Notes under the pieces: model-generated
Told to the model about the DNA's origin: nothing
Database searches by the model: none
What the model saw: only the letters and a program-made list of their open reading frames with translations
Source of the DNA: Klebsormidium nitens
Lineage: Eukaryota > Plantae > Klebsormidiophyceae
NCBI GenBank assembly: GCA_000708835.1
Contig: DF237137.1
Location: forward strand, 20,486 to 84,485
Length of the DNA: 64,000 nucleotides
Direction of reading: 5' to 3'
Made by a program: the position numbers and the translations under genes
Part shown: positions 1 through 13,006 of the stretch, piece by piece
Layout: each line of letters starts with the position of its first letter
How positions within the stretch are numbered: position 1 is the stretch's first letter

Positions 1-776
1 CGCTCCGGTGGAACATCGCTCTCCGCTGCCTTGGGCTCTTCACCATCTTCTTTGGCTTCTGAGGCGTCTGCTGACTTCCTCGCATTGCGAAGGATGGGGG
101 CGTATCGGCCTGGGGAGAAGTTGTACGACGGGTGGTACCTGGAAGAGGGGGTTGACAAAAGGCGTGTGTCAGTATGTGGGGGGGTGCGGGCTGAGAGAGA
201 TCAAAGGATTGGACAGTCAAGAGGCATGCATGAGGGGGGCAACAGGATAGCATTCCCATTTCAAGAAAAGTGGCAGAACGTCAGAGATGCCCCGACCGGC
301 CGTCTGACATGACTAGTGGCATGCCAAGAAGAGACTAAAAGGGAAGAGGAGTGGAGCAAAAAGGTCATCGTAAGTCATTCAGGAAGGAAGGGGGCAAAAA
401 GTCGACTTGCGTCCACAATAAGGATATGTGGGGACAATGACACTTTGAGAGGGCTTGAAGCAACAGTCAGAGCGCAAGTGTGAGTGACCGTATGTTCAGA
501 AGCTCTTGTTCCTTTTCTGGTGAATGATCATCAGCAGAGTGGCAGGAACGTATGCCTTGCGGATCCAAACCAACACTTTGGAGTATTCAAGATGCCTTTT
601 CCCTGTTCCCCATAGAATAGGGCCACAGCTACAATAAAGGACGCACCCACAAATATGTTAGGTGTGCTTTCATCAATGCCTCCTCACTTCTCTTTGTCGA
701 CCCATTTGTCAGGAGGCACGCCCGTGGCTCGCGCAACCAGCCCAGGGTCGAGGGTGCACCGAGCCCTGCCACACAT
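1..776 (-). CDS. HMCES: Abasic-site processing protein HMCES/SRAP (YedK family), 5' part only; continues beyond window start
   Basis: ATG at 776 gives MCGRARCTL (diagnostic SRAP N-terminus with catalytic Cys2). Exon 1 776-688 ends AA|GTGAG; exon 2 starts at 138 after CTTCCAG and reads (K)YHPSYNFSPGRYAPILR, matching the SRAP YRPSYNVAP motif; splice phase consistent. Confidence 0.9.
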
Positions 777-1297
777 TGCGGCCGGAGAGGGCGCAATATG
801 CTGCTGCAATGCTGTGAGTGGAACCTGCCGCCCACACGCAGGAGGTATCCTGTCGGGCAACAAAAGGACTAGCAACTGCGATCACAGATTTGAGATTCCT
901 CTTGAGAAGATTTTCTTGCTCTTTGTAGGAGCTTCAAGTGGAAATGAGAGGGATCAAAGCCTAAGGTGGGAGAAGATCCCCCTTTCAAGCCTTTGCATGC
1001 AGGTCTGCATACCTATAAGCATTGAACTGCCAGGGGGTTAGCATCTAAACCAAGCTGCGATGGCCGGGGTCGAGTAGCCAGGTTAGGGAAAAGGCAGACG
1101 GCACTCGGGAGCCCCAATCAATACCCTGTAGCGCAGCAATAACCCGGTTGAGAACAAATCGTGCCATGCCTAACCCCGCTTGCCTAGACCGGGCCAAAAT
1201 TGCAGCATTGCATGGGGAGAAATGAAATTTTGCTAAATTGGCGCGAGGGAGAAGGAACATTGCGTGGACCTTCTCTCTGCAGCGAGAAAGTGGCCTG

Positions 1298-4200
1298 ATG
1301 GCTGGTGCCACCACGTTCTGCCCCTGTGGCAGCATTGTTCAGCTTGAATCCTTCTCATCGGCTAGGCCATCATCTCTGAGACAATCCAATGTTGCCCCCT
1401 TTGCGCACCGAATCTCTTGCACTCCTGCCTGCAAAACGCACCTACTCGAATCAATGAGCTTGTGTGGTTGCGGTCCAGTGTCGCAAAGACCTCTTGCGAT
1501 GCAGAGTACCATTGGGGTGCTGCCGAAGAGAATAAGTCCTGTAAGAGCCCCCTGCAGTGCATTGGCGGACACGGCAGGAACGGTGGTGAAGGAGACTGCC
1601 AGCGCAGGTGACTGTCCCACTAAGCTATGTACTACGGTTGGAATCAGAGGATCAGACTTGGAAATCGATGGAAGCTTTGCTGCTCAGATCCAGCCCCATC
1701 TGCTCAGCGATCGCAGCATTACACCTGTGTGCTCTTGCTTGTTGATTGCTTACACCTCTTATTCTCTGCTAGAGCGTGCATTCCAAACCCTGTTTCGCTG
1801 ATTAGATCTACCATCACTGCCCTTCTTATCTGCTCTGACCACCAACGGTCACACACTTGATGCTTTACTTTGAATTATGCTTCAAGTAGGGCAGAGTGGC
1901 TCGGGTGCCTTCCTTCCAAAACCCCCTTAACATTCGGTTCTTCAGAGGTCCTGCGGATATGGCGGAGCGCGGAGGCTGTGTGCTTCGACGTCGACAGCAC
2001 TGTGTGTGTTGATGAGGGGATCAATGAGCTGGCGGCGTTTTGTGGTGCCGGGGAGGCGGTCGCTGAGTGGACAAGAAAGTGAGACCACTGAGACCAACAG
2101 AATTTGGATATTGATCAAAGCGCAACTGAAGAGTTATTGTGGTATCAAGATAGCTGTACATCACGATGTGGTGCGCACATCAATACTTGGTCCACCTAGC
2201 CCAGGCTAAGCTAAGCAGTAAACAAAGTCTTATGGATTTGACGTACCAGACCGTTGAATGAGATGGGGACTACTTTGATCTAGGCCGTCACACTTCCTGT
2301 TGAAACTTGCTGACACGTTCGTCAGCAGCTGGTACCTTTGCAGGCTGCTGATAATTCGAGCAGCCAACGTAGCACCGAGTCTTCTCTGGTCACCTTCTTC
2401 TCGACCTTTCGAAAGTCACCAAAGTTTCAATGTGGACTGAACATCATTCTGATTGTTTCCAGGACTACGGGTGGTGGCGTGCCGTTTGAGCAGGCTTTAG
2501 CAGCCGGTTTGTGAAGGACACGAACTTATCGAACAAGACTGAAAATTACTAGAATGTTAAACAACGACTAGGATAATTCAAAGCTTATGAAAGATCATCC
2601 TTTTTTCCCCCAGGGCTATGGGTGGCGGGGTGCCGTTTGAGGAGGCCTTAGCCGCCCGGTTGAGCATCATCAAGCCATCCATGAAGGACGTAGCTACGTA
2701 TCTGGCCGCTCACCCCCCCAGGTGACCAAAACGGGCTCCCCTGCCTCTTACTGATCTATGTGGAACCTTACGTGTCTCAGCGTGTCAAAACGAGTGCACT
2801 TAACTTTCCTCAAAAGCTAAGAGCAATTATTATTCTGCAGGTCGGGCCTTTCGCTCTTTGCAGAGACCAGAACGTCCATCTTTTGAGGTTGATTTGAGGT
2901 TGGGTCACATCGACGCATGTGGTCGAAGCAATCTAGTCAGCCTCCAGTTTATACAGAGAACTCGTTTGAAGATGGAACTCAAGAAACAGCAGGTAGTCGG
3001 GCATCCTTTTGCCCCTCTGCAATTTCGTCTTATCTTAATGGTATCACGATTGTCCACTTCAATGGTCGGAGGGGCGGAAGCTGAGGCAGGCGAATGTGGA
3101 CTGTTTGCATTCTCAACGGGATCGAAAGTCTCGTGGGTTAAGTTAACCCCACTCGACGGAAGCATAAGTTGCCAATAGCCCTATTTCTGTTTCCTGCTTT
3201 GCCTTGACGGGTGTCAGATTGCAAAGCAAGCCCGTTGCTAAGGCACCCTCCGCAACAGAGGAGGAGGAAGTTAACGACAATTGAAACGAGGAGAGTAAGA
3301 CTCAAAAGAAGAGCCGTTATCGTTGCAGGTTAAGCCCAGGCATCGCAGACCTGGTCGGGACTTTGCAACAGAGAGGCGTGGCTGTGTATCTCGTGTCGGG
3401 GGGGTTCCGGCAAATGATTGAGGTAACGGCAGATTCTGTTTCCACTTCGCAACAAAGAGGGCTTGCCGCTATCCGAAGCCTTTACATACCTTACTACCGG
3501 GCCTGGAATCTTTGCATTGGAATAGCTGTGCGTAACGCCTTTTTTAGTCGGCGATGTCCATGGAACCGACATGTTCTGGGACGTTGTAGATCTACCGTGG
3601 GCTAAGCGATTCCCATAGTCTGGGCAGGGTGACTCGTCTTCAATTTCCTGGTTCTAAATCTATCTCGACAATGTGCGCTGACTGATCTTGTTCTTGTGTT
3701 TATGTCTGATCCTGTCTCTCATCGGGGCTTCGTTCTTGGCCCGTGGGCTGAACGCATTTCGATGTTGTGGGCTTTTGTAGTCTTATCATGATCACTCCAG
3801 TCGTAAGCCTCCTACCAGTCGTCGTGAGCTTTCTACAATGAGCCTCTTTACTTGGACAAGGTCTTCGATATTTGAGCACGATCACACAGTTGCACATCCG
3901 CCGACTAAGTCCAAGCAATAGTGCTTAGTGCTTCCAAGAATACATAATTCCAAAGATCAGTTCTTAACAGCTCTCAATCTTGCGGCGATAGGGTCATAAG
4001 ACACGGCTCTTTTCTCTCCCGGGATCACTTTCAGAAGACGGCTCTGATTAAACTTTTCTTTCTGGGACTGAAGACAGCTTCGGTCGTGTAAAAGGAACCA
4101 GCATACGCTTCCGCTGGTCGGGAGTCCTTTTTATGATGACCGGAAAGCACAGAGTACAGTGTCTCAGCACGATCCACCCCTGAAAAGCAACTCAATCTCC

Positions 4201-5901
4201 TCTTTAGGGGGGCCACGACCTTCTTCGACTCTGAATGTGCGAAGCGCGAGTCGCTGACCGATACTTTCAATTTTCATGTTCCCAATTTGGAAAAGCAACA
4301 TTTGAGATAAGAATGCTCTCATTGATAGTCGTAATATCCGCAGCCTGTCGCCGCGTTTATGAGCCTACCCACAAATCGGATCTACCGAAGAGAATCAACG
4401 CATTGCTGGAGACTCCTCTTCCCGTACTCTTGTTGGTCATGCTTCTCTCGACTTGAACCGTGCGTGTCGCAATTATCGCAGCCCGTCGCCGAATTATTGA
4501 ACATATCCACCGACCACATTTACGCAAACCGGTTACTATTCACCGAGGACGGCGAGCACGCGGGATTCGACCCGGCCGAGTACACCGCGAGGAGCGGCGG
4601 GAAAGCGAAAGCGGTCGAAGAGATTAAGAAGGTCAGTTTGGTTTCTGTGTATCTCGTCTCAATAGCTGTTTCGCTATCCTCAGGATTCTGTTCCTCGGGT
4701 TTGTTATCCGTTCCGAAACCTCTCATCGATTCGCCGTCGTCAATTCTGCGACTACGCAGTCGAGTCGCTGCGCCCTGGTTTCTCACCGGTCATCTAAAAT
4801 TGTGCTCCCTCTTCCTTGATCGATTCCTGTTGCTGTGAAGTTAACACGCTGCAAGGTCTTGATTGACATCCCTATCTTCGAGGCGATCATTTTCCGTCAA
4901 GAAGGAGCTTTCTGTTCTCGTTGTTCTGCTGCCCTGATTCCGAGGAACCTGACATTTCCCCGAAGCGTCAACTCATTGAATGTTGCTAAGCAGGTCTTTG
5001 TTGCAGTAGTCGTCTCTTTGTGGCCACGTGGTCGAGCGCAGTCGCCCTGTTTTAAAGCAAGGTGCTCCTCTTGGGGACCGATCTTCTGGTTGCCTTTGAA
5101 GCGTCTGCAAACCGAGGAATAAGAGTCTTTGATTTGCAGCCGTGCTCCCTAAAGTTGTGGCAGGCAGCCTTTTTATGTGTTAATGTAGATATTTTTGGTA
5201 CTCACTTGGCGGTATGCGCAACCAATTGAAGGCTGATCCAAATCGAGCGAGTAGGCCACGCTTTGATGCCATGGCAAATCCTTGGTCTCCCTTCGGCCTC
5301 ATCAATAAAGGCTGGAAGCACTCAAGTCCCCATTCTCGCGAAGGAGTGCTGCCCGTCATCCTGTCTTCTTCAAGCACATCTGGTCTCTTATCTCGCCTCT
5401 AAGTTTGTGCGTTTGCAGAGGAATGGCTTCTCAACGGTGGTGGCGATAGGCGATGGCGCCACCGATCTGGAGGTAAGCTTGGTGTCGTGCTGCCAACGGG
5501 CAATTACTTTGTACCAGAGGTCTGAGCTTCCAACGAGCGGCCCGAGTGCAATCCTGCTCATGCGTAACCCCTGCTCATGGTGTAAGCTCGTCTCGGCCGC
5601 TTGTGCCATATGTATGGTCCGTGTAGATTGCGCCCCCTTCTTATGATCAAAGTGCCCCACGATGGTTGCCACGTCAGCCTGCCATCTTTTGACCACTCAG
5701 GCGCAGCAGCTGACGGTCACGCTCCTTTTTCAATTGAGCTGAATGAATTCGGGTTGTTCCCTCCAGGCCCGGAGACCAGGGGGAGCCGATGCGTTCATCG
5801 GATATGGCGGAATAGTGGTCAGACCTACTGTTGCAGGAGCTGCGGATTGGTTCGTGAGGGACTTTCAATCACTTGTTCGATCACTCGTAGATCAGATTTA
5901 A
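1298..5901 (+). CDS. PSP: Phosphoserine phosphatase, plastid-targeted (HAD superfamily), 7 exons, ~327 aa
   Basis: Exons 1298-1607, 1946-2078, 2614-2721, 3329-3422, 4482-4631, 5419-5472, 5767-5901, all GT-AG and in phase. HAD motifs CFDVDSTV, LVSGGF, SGGKAKAV, IGDGATDLE; Ser/Ala/Cys-rich N-terminal transit peptide. Confidence 0.95.
2455..2514 (+). repeat. Degenerate copy of the PSP exon-3 acceptor and exon start, inside intron 2
   Basis: tttccag|GACTACGGGTGGTGGCGTGCCGTTTGAGCAGGCTTTAGCAGCC vs functional ccccag|GGCTATGGGTGGCGGGGTGCCGTTTGAGGAGGCCTTAGCCGCC 151 bp downstream; copy translates TTGGGVPFEQALAAGL-stop. Confidence 0.9.
4328..4386 (+). repeat. Degenerate copy of the PSP exon-5 acceptor and exon start, inside intron 4
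   Basis: gtcgtaatatccgcag|CCTGTCGCCGCGTTT vs functional gtcgcaattatcgcag|CCCGTCGCCGAATTA 138 bp downstream; PVAAFMSLPTNRIY vs PVAELLNISTDHIY. Confidence 0.8.
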
Positions 5902-6988
5902 ACTGCGGCCCTGTGCACAGGGGTTGCGGTATGTTGGCGAACAAAAGTGCGCGAGGCAATTACCAAGGACGAGCATACTGTTGCATGCGCACGGACTTAA
6001 GGAGAACGGCAAATTTGAATGACGCCGGTTGTTTATGTAAAGGATATGAAGGTATTCAATGGATATATGTGGTCGCACCCGAAGACAAGGATTCAGCAAT
6101 TGGTTTTCGATCAATGCACGGCAGTTGTTTGGCCGGCCGCGTATGACTTTAAAACCGTGACTCAATCAAATGCAGGCATGCACTGCATCCACCCGAATGA
6201 TCCGACAACAATGCCGCCATCATTGGCATATTTCTATGTAATCTTCTACGAGATCGATCGCGACCCCGCGTGCATATGAAGCATGCATCATATATACTGC
6301 ATGCGCGGCCCTATGATGCATGTGGATATATCCGACTATCGATGTTAGTATCACTGAAAATGGGATAGCTAGTTTTAAGCTTCATCGGGATTTTTTTGTG
6401 CTGTACGCATGTCCACTGGACGTGCCAATACTATTTGAATCGTACCTGGGACCCTCAACGAGGTAGAATACCGTACGGTTGCATGCGCATGGTCAATGAG
6501 CATGCTTATGACAAAGTGGGTGACTACATTAACCAATGGTTTGTATCCTGTAATCCATGCTCACTGCAATGCCACGTTCAACAATCTCGTGGCGTTGCAT
6601 GCACGCAAATTCAAAGGGAGAAAGCTGGTTAACTAAAATGAAGGACAAGACGTTGGTTGGAACCAGGCGCTGGTCCAACTATCTTCGAACCAATAGCAAT
6701 TGCGTGAATAAGAATCACGCTCCGGAGTTCGTGTCATTGAACACTTGCTATAGGCAGTTGTTTCCATTATACAAAACGGTTAGACGGCCCCTTACGAGCC
6801 TTACCCTCAAGGTACTACACTCGAGGAAATTCCTACAACTAAATTAGTATATTGACCTTTCCCTGTCCTAGTTGGCCATTATAATCTACTGACCAGAAGA
6901 GCAAACAAGACTTTTCGGTATTTTACGTGAACGACTATATAGCGACCGCACCGTAACGCAGTGAGCAGTGGTTTGTGACTGTTCTATA

Positions 6989-9979
6989 CTAGCTTTTCAA
7001 GTACAGGTTGATGTTACCAAAGGAGTCAAGCAGCTCGGATGGACTGGTTTTCATTAACAGACCGTCGTCCGGCTTTATAATGAACAAATCCTTGAATCTG
7101 CTTTGCAAGGCTTCATAAAATCGTTCAGAGTCGACCCCATTCGCCCTGTCTCGTTGTATATTAATCTACAAAAGGGAGAGGGACGAAGTTCGTAAGGATT
7201 GAGAATGAGCATTGAGGAGGTTTTGCAAGCTTCAAACGGTGGCCTTGACGTTTTTTATGGTGAACACTTGAACACTCGGTTGACGGTCGTCCTGGGCTTG
7301 CTTTCAGTAGCAACCGCTTGATAGCGTCTTGTTAAATCCATGTCAAGACTCCAAGAAGTAAGCGCGTAAGTAAGTCACTCTTTATCGTTTACTATCGACC
7401 AGATCGAGCGGACTTCCTTGCTACTTGAGCAGAAACTCTGCTTAATCATGATTTTCTCGACAGCGTCCCAAGCAAGTGAATCTGATAACCAGCAAAGACA
7501 TCTTTTCTTGCACACAAACGAGAAAGACACCAGGGACAGGAAGAAGCGCAGGAAAGAGAGAGCCAGAGTCTTGGCTCTAAAATAAGGCTAGAAAGAAATA
7601 CCAAGGAAGGAACGCTAACGAAGCAAGACACCACCCTAGGCTGCCGCAGGGCATTCCATTTGCCACGAAGCACGGGGCTCACCTCTAAGAGAAGCTCCAC
7701 TTTGGGGTTCTCCAGCAGCGTCTTCTGCATCCCCTCCCATACCTGCCACTCGTGGCCTTCCACGTCAATCTTGATCACATCTACATGGTCCCAGCCTTCT
7801 TTTCGGAGCAGTGTATCCAATGTCGTGTATTCCACTGGAACAGCACCCCCCCCTGCTTCCTGCAGAACCCTGTTCCCGGGGCTCCACGTCATCTCGTTCT
7901 CCACAAAGACCTGCTTTTTGTCTTCACTCCCTACGGCCTTGTTCACTACTTGGACTTGTGGATGATCCTGCATCAAGACACAGACTTGTGGATCTAGCTT
8001 CTTAAGGTGTGGACAAGACTACCAAGGAGCTGCTATGGTCGGTGAGATTCAGATCATTCCGTGTGACATCTGAGCTCCAGACGGCTTACAAGATGAGAGG
8101 ACCGCTTGGCGACTCTAGGTCAAACATACCGGAACGGCTTATTACCAGATCCACAAAGATCAGTCATCATATCTGATGAGCGGACGGCGGAAGTGACACA
8201 ACCAGAGTGCGCCGTTTTTTGGCATTCACATTCAGGCCTTTTGTGCATTGGGCCTCTGAAGGTACAGGCCAATGGCTCAAATCTTTGTAAGGTAATTCCC
8301 ACTGGCGGACTTGCGTCAAGTCATGGAACCCAAGGTGGCCAAGCAAGCTCCAACCTTCAGCTGAAAAGTACGTGCCAAGACGGACGCGCTTGGCGGCCAA
8401 TTGTGGAGACAAGTGAAGGAAGGTGATGTGCAACCTTTGAAACCAGCAGAACTAGGGAACGACCGCACAATTTTTACTGAAGAGATAGATAAAGCCCTCG
8501 ATGCTAGTCAAATATGAAGGTCATACGAATAAGTGTAACAGCCAGTCCTTCTTTTCGGTCAACAGAGCTGCCTCAGGGTCCTAGAATCATTGGCTGAGAC
8601 AAGTCTTGAAAGACATCAGGCAATGCACCGTAAAGGCTGTTGCCCAGGCTGCATTGTTGGCAAATGCAGATCAATGCACCCTGTGCAGACCATCCCGTCT
8701 GCTTCAAATGAGTGGCACTTTTATAGACCGGTGGCATCTGACTTGTCATCAACAAGCGCGACAACCTACCTCCATCGAGCGAGCAAGTAGGTCGCTGAGC
8801 CGAGGGTTTGCTTCCACTGCAAGGACCTTCCCAGCCTCCCCCACCGCATCTGCAAAGATGGCTGCATACCACCCCACGCACGCTCCTACATCCACCACCA
8901 GCTGTCCCGGGCGCACGATTCTCTCAACACTCTCTGAGATCTTACTGTCCCACACAGTGCCCTGGCAGAGGTGCGGTGTCAACCCCCGGTCCCGAGAATC
9001 AAGATAGAAGTACTGTTGGAAGAAATCAACCCAACACATGATGATGCTTCCCCCCAGGTACAGGTTCATTGGCCGCTCTGCTCTCAGCGCCTTCACCTCC
9101 TGAGCCACCCCGTCGATGACTTGCTCCAAGTTGCTCCGCCGGCCAATCTTTTCAGTCGCTGCCTGCATCAGGGGTAGGAACCCCTATTGTGTGCACTGAA
9201 CGAGGTGAAAGTCAATCTGTACATGCCGCATTGCTACTGTAACGGTTCCCTTCTTGTTGTCAACACTGCGTCAGGTGAACTTACACGGGGCCACCCAAAG
9301 TCACATCATGTAAGAGACAGGGGGCATGTGCCATGTCCGAGGATGGCAGAGCAAAGGGCCGCTGCGATGCAAATTTGTGATGCGCACTCAATGCATACTA
9401 ACAGATCTGAGTTAAACAAAGACAGCATTCAAAAGCTGTGTCGAATGAGCAGCGACTCTTGTTCATAATACTGGCCGCACGTGTCTGCATTCAATGAATG
9501 GTGCTTTGCGCTGAGTAATGGCAGCTTGAAAAGACAATGACAATCTTAATACGGAGTCCAAGAAAATGGCGACCAAAGAGAAAGACCATCTGCGCTACAT
9601 TACCTGGGATGAATGTGCCTGCTTTGAAAGTGTCTGCTTGATGTGAGGCTTGGAGCAGCTTAGTGTGCAGACACAAATAGCATTTTCAGGGCCGCTGCGG
9701 CTCTCTCACCTTGGTCTCATTCTGAAAGCGAAGTAGCACCCCTTCAAGCTTGTCCACCTGCTCTGCAACTTTTGACAAGGCGTCTGACAGCTCCTCAACA
9801 TGACCCGGGTTGGTAGACTCTGCCATCCGGATGTCAATCTGGCTTGTTACGCTGTAATCCTGGGAACTGAGTACAATCACCTGGAGGGCGCCGAAGATCA
9901 AAAGGGCGGTCACGAGGCAGTAAAGGAAGATGATAGAGAAGAGCCTGGTGCACTTGAGATCTCCACGTAGCAACCTCAT
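6989..9979 (-). CDS. FkbM-family SAM-dependent methyltransferase with N-terminal transmembrane anchor and coiled-coil stem
   Basis: Exons 9979-9710 (hydrophobic LFSIIFLYCLVTALLIFGAL then heptad stem), 9162-8770 (VVDVGACVGWYAAIFA...VLAVEANP), 7967-7683 (DVIKIDVEGHEWQVWEGM, FkbM signature), 7165-6989 (ends LYLKS-stop). A micro-exon between 8770 and 7967 cannot be excluded. Confidence 0.88.
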
Positions 9980-11695
9980 GGCTGCCTTGCGAAACAAAGA
10001 TCTATCAAACACGGGCCAACGGAGCCTCAATCCTCAGCAACGCTTGGGATCTACGCCAGCTACATGATTTAAGTCTCGCGCTCAACAAGTGAAGCGTTCT
10101 GCGAACGTCTGAACACTTCAATCCGGAGATTATCTCCTTCTGTGGTGAACTGCGCATTGGTGAGCATCCCTGCTCAGGCCCAGCTGCAGCAGGGTGATGT
10201 CAATGACAACAGCCGAAAGACCTCGACCGTGTTTAAATATTGCCACTGCTAAATCTAAAGCTTGGGAAATTAGACCGCCGCCAAACTTTGTGGGAGGACA
10301 ATCTCCAATCTGCATGTCAGAGGACCAAGTTGAGTCCTGAGTCCTGACTCCTGACGTAACTCGCGACTTGCGCAAACCTCGGTGTGGCGGTCAATAAGAG
10401 CGAAGTTGCAGCTGCAATATGTACTCTTAGAAAACCTCAATATAGGTAGAGATATGGTAAGCTAAAAATCCGGAAACGGGGTAGAGTTAGCTTGGGGTTT
10501 GCCCATCCCACCCAAATATAGAGACTCGAGTATAAGAAGGGTTTCGGTATACGGCATCAAAATAACCCTGCCGTCCCAGTTCGATGAATACCTATCCTAT
10601 GAGAAGTACTTAGGTTTTAATCAGGACAGGAGCTTGCAAATTTGCAGCTTATCAATGCTCAAATCTACAAAGATAACCTATATATTCGGCATTACCCACC
10701 TATGTGCGCAGTTAGTACCTTAGTTACTCAAGGGCCGCCTGGCAGGCTCCGTAGCAAAGCACTTGCTCAACTGTCAGTGTCAGTGATCAGCACCGGTCTT
10801 TCTCGGTCCGTACATTACCCGATCGGGTCGGGAATCGGGACTCCATTTCAATCCGACCGCAAAAGCAGCCGGTTTTACAGAAAGATCCGGTCGGATTCTA
10901 CTAAGCCATGATCATTTGCCTGGAGAGATTCAAATCCAAGTCGGTTTTGCGGCCGACCGACTAGTCCGGACTCCGGACTCCGCAGTCGGTCGGCTTCTCC
11001 TACATTGTCGGTCACGTTTCGCTAGGACGTCCTGGAGTTTTCGACATAGGGTGTCAAATCGTGCGGCCCCCCGGCCCCCGCCAGCCGCTACCAAGGCCAA
11101 CAGTTCACCGGGCCGGTCTGTTAAGATTTGTTTCACCCACGTACCACCCCAAGTATACCTATACCTACCACGGTTCCTTGGGCTTTGGGCCGACCGGACG
11201 CCCCTCGGTTGAATCAGCCGGATGACAAGTTCCATCCGGTGACGTTTGCCTGGTGTGACGGCATTGTCATGTTACGGCAACCGTCCTCCCGTACGTCACA
11301 CAGTACAGCTGCGGCCTGCTGAAGCCCCAGTCCCCGGCCACCTGAGTGCAAAAACCCCTAACCCGGAGATTAACTGGACTGTTACTTACGTACCGGTGTA
11401 CATGAGGCCCGCGTAGGTATCGAGGCGCGCTCTACACCCGCACCCGGTGACGCGGTCAGGCCTTGGAAGTTGGGTACACCTAAATACCGTATACGGTAAT
11501 AGGCCGGTAGATCAATTCTCCAGGCTGGAGCCTGGCGCGCACTTCATGGAATTTGAAACTGAAAGTACCGGTAGGTAGACGGTCAGGTTACCGTACGTCG
11601 AATCCAGCGCGCGCCGCTGACCATTGTACCAAATTTGTACCCAATCTTGAGTATAAAGTTTAATTTTGAACCTCAAACCCCCAGGGGCCAGGGCC

Positions 11696-11867
11696 ATAAC
11701 TCTCAAGAAAGATAATAGTAAGCCAAGATAATAGTAAGCTCCGACTAACACTAAAAACCCTAACCTTAAATGAAACACCCGCTCCGCACCCGTACCCACC
11801 CTAACCACCATACTAACCCTACCCGTCACAGTACGGTTACCTTACTATTATTTTTCTTGAGTTTCAT
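11696..11867. mobile_element. 172-bp MITE-like element, copy 1, 9-bp TSD (Mutator-like)
   Basis: Imperfect TIRs ataactCTCAAGAAAgATAATAGTAAG / CTTACTATTATtTTTCTTGAGtttcat; flanked by identical GCCAGGGCC at 11687-11695 and 11868-11876. Confidence 0.85.
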
Positions 11868-13006
11868 GCCAGGGCCCAGGACCCACAGTGCACACCAATC
11901 CCACCCTTCCCCCGGGGATGGACCCAAAATAGTAGCATGCTGCATGTGTGTACAAATCGATGCCCCTCCTCTGTGCGGGCATGTGCAGGCATGAACACGT
12001 AAATTCGGAATTGGCTGTCGAAACTCGATTCAAGTCCTGTGTTCAGTGCTGTGCAGTGTGCACGTACTTCTGACAGTCGGACTCTGGGGTGGAACGAGAA
12101 GAGCGTCATCTGCATCATGCAATAATCTGCGCCCCCTGGGCCGTACATACCGGCGACTCGTGAGTCGTAAATTACTCGTAATCCTCTTTGGGCCCTGGGG
12201 GCCCCCATAGCCCATTGCGCAACGCCGGGTATCACATCTTCTTTTCGACGAAGTACTCAATCTGCTATAGAGAGCTGTTGGGAGAGAAGCTTATTGTCGA
12301 CTCACCGGGAATCTCGTGTCTTGCATCGCAGCCATTTGTCCCTTCGACTCCCTTCAAGCTCTCCTTTGACCAGGTTGGACCGCCTTACCATAAATTGAAT
12401 TCTCAATCTTCAATGATGATTGAGCATCATGATGAGGTTGCAAGCAAGCTCCTTTCATCAGAGCCGTCGATCATGATCGGACGGTTTCGATAGAGGTGAC
12501 AGTGTACCGGTAGGGACTTTGTAAAATTGTAGCCCGGTTGCCATTCGCATCCGGTTTCCAGTGTCCACGGCGGTAGTGCCGCCCCGGGCCTAGCTGGGAG
12601 GGCGGGTGTGGATAACAGCGTACAAAACCCCTATATAATCTCAAGAACCTTTCCCAATCTCGGGACCGGCCGGCGGCGACACCTGTAGTATGTCCCGTAC
12701 GACTCCGCCGGTCGCGGACAAAGGATCTAGGCCCTAGCTTTGCTTTAAATTTGCATCGAACGGCTCGGATCGTATTTCGAATTTCACCGGGTGGTCGCGA
12801 AAATTCCGCTGACATTGTAAGAGGGGTTCTGCAATAGGAGAGGATCGAACCCCCGGCGGTTGCTTCCGCAAATCCGGAATGTTCTGAGATCCGGAACCTG
12901 AGATCAAGAAATTCAAGATTGTACGCTATTCAGATTTCTCCTCACAGCCCTTCCCGGCGAATCCGGCCAACTTCAAGCTTCGCGGCCGCGCACCGGCCCG
13001 GGCCAG

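Noticed and set aside
11750-11825. Interstitial telomere (CCCTAA-like)
   Set aside because: Only scattered imperfect units, inside the MITE; not a telomeric array.
12835-12900. tRNA-like T-arm on the minus strand (GGGGGTTCGATCCTCTC)
   Set aside because: No matching acceptor stem, D-arm or anticodon arm could be folded; at most a SINE/B-box remnant.
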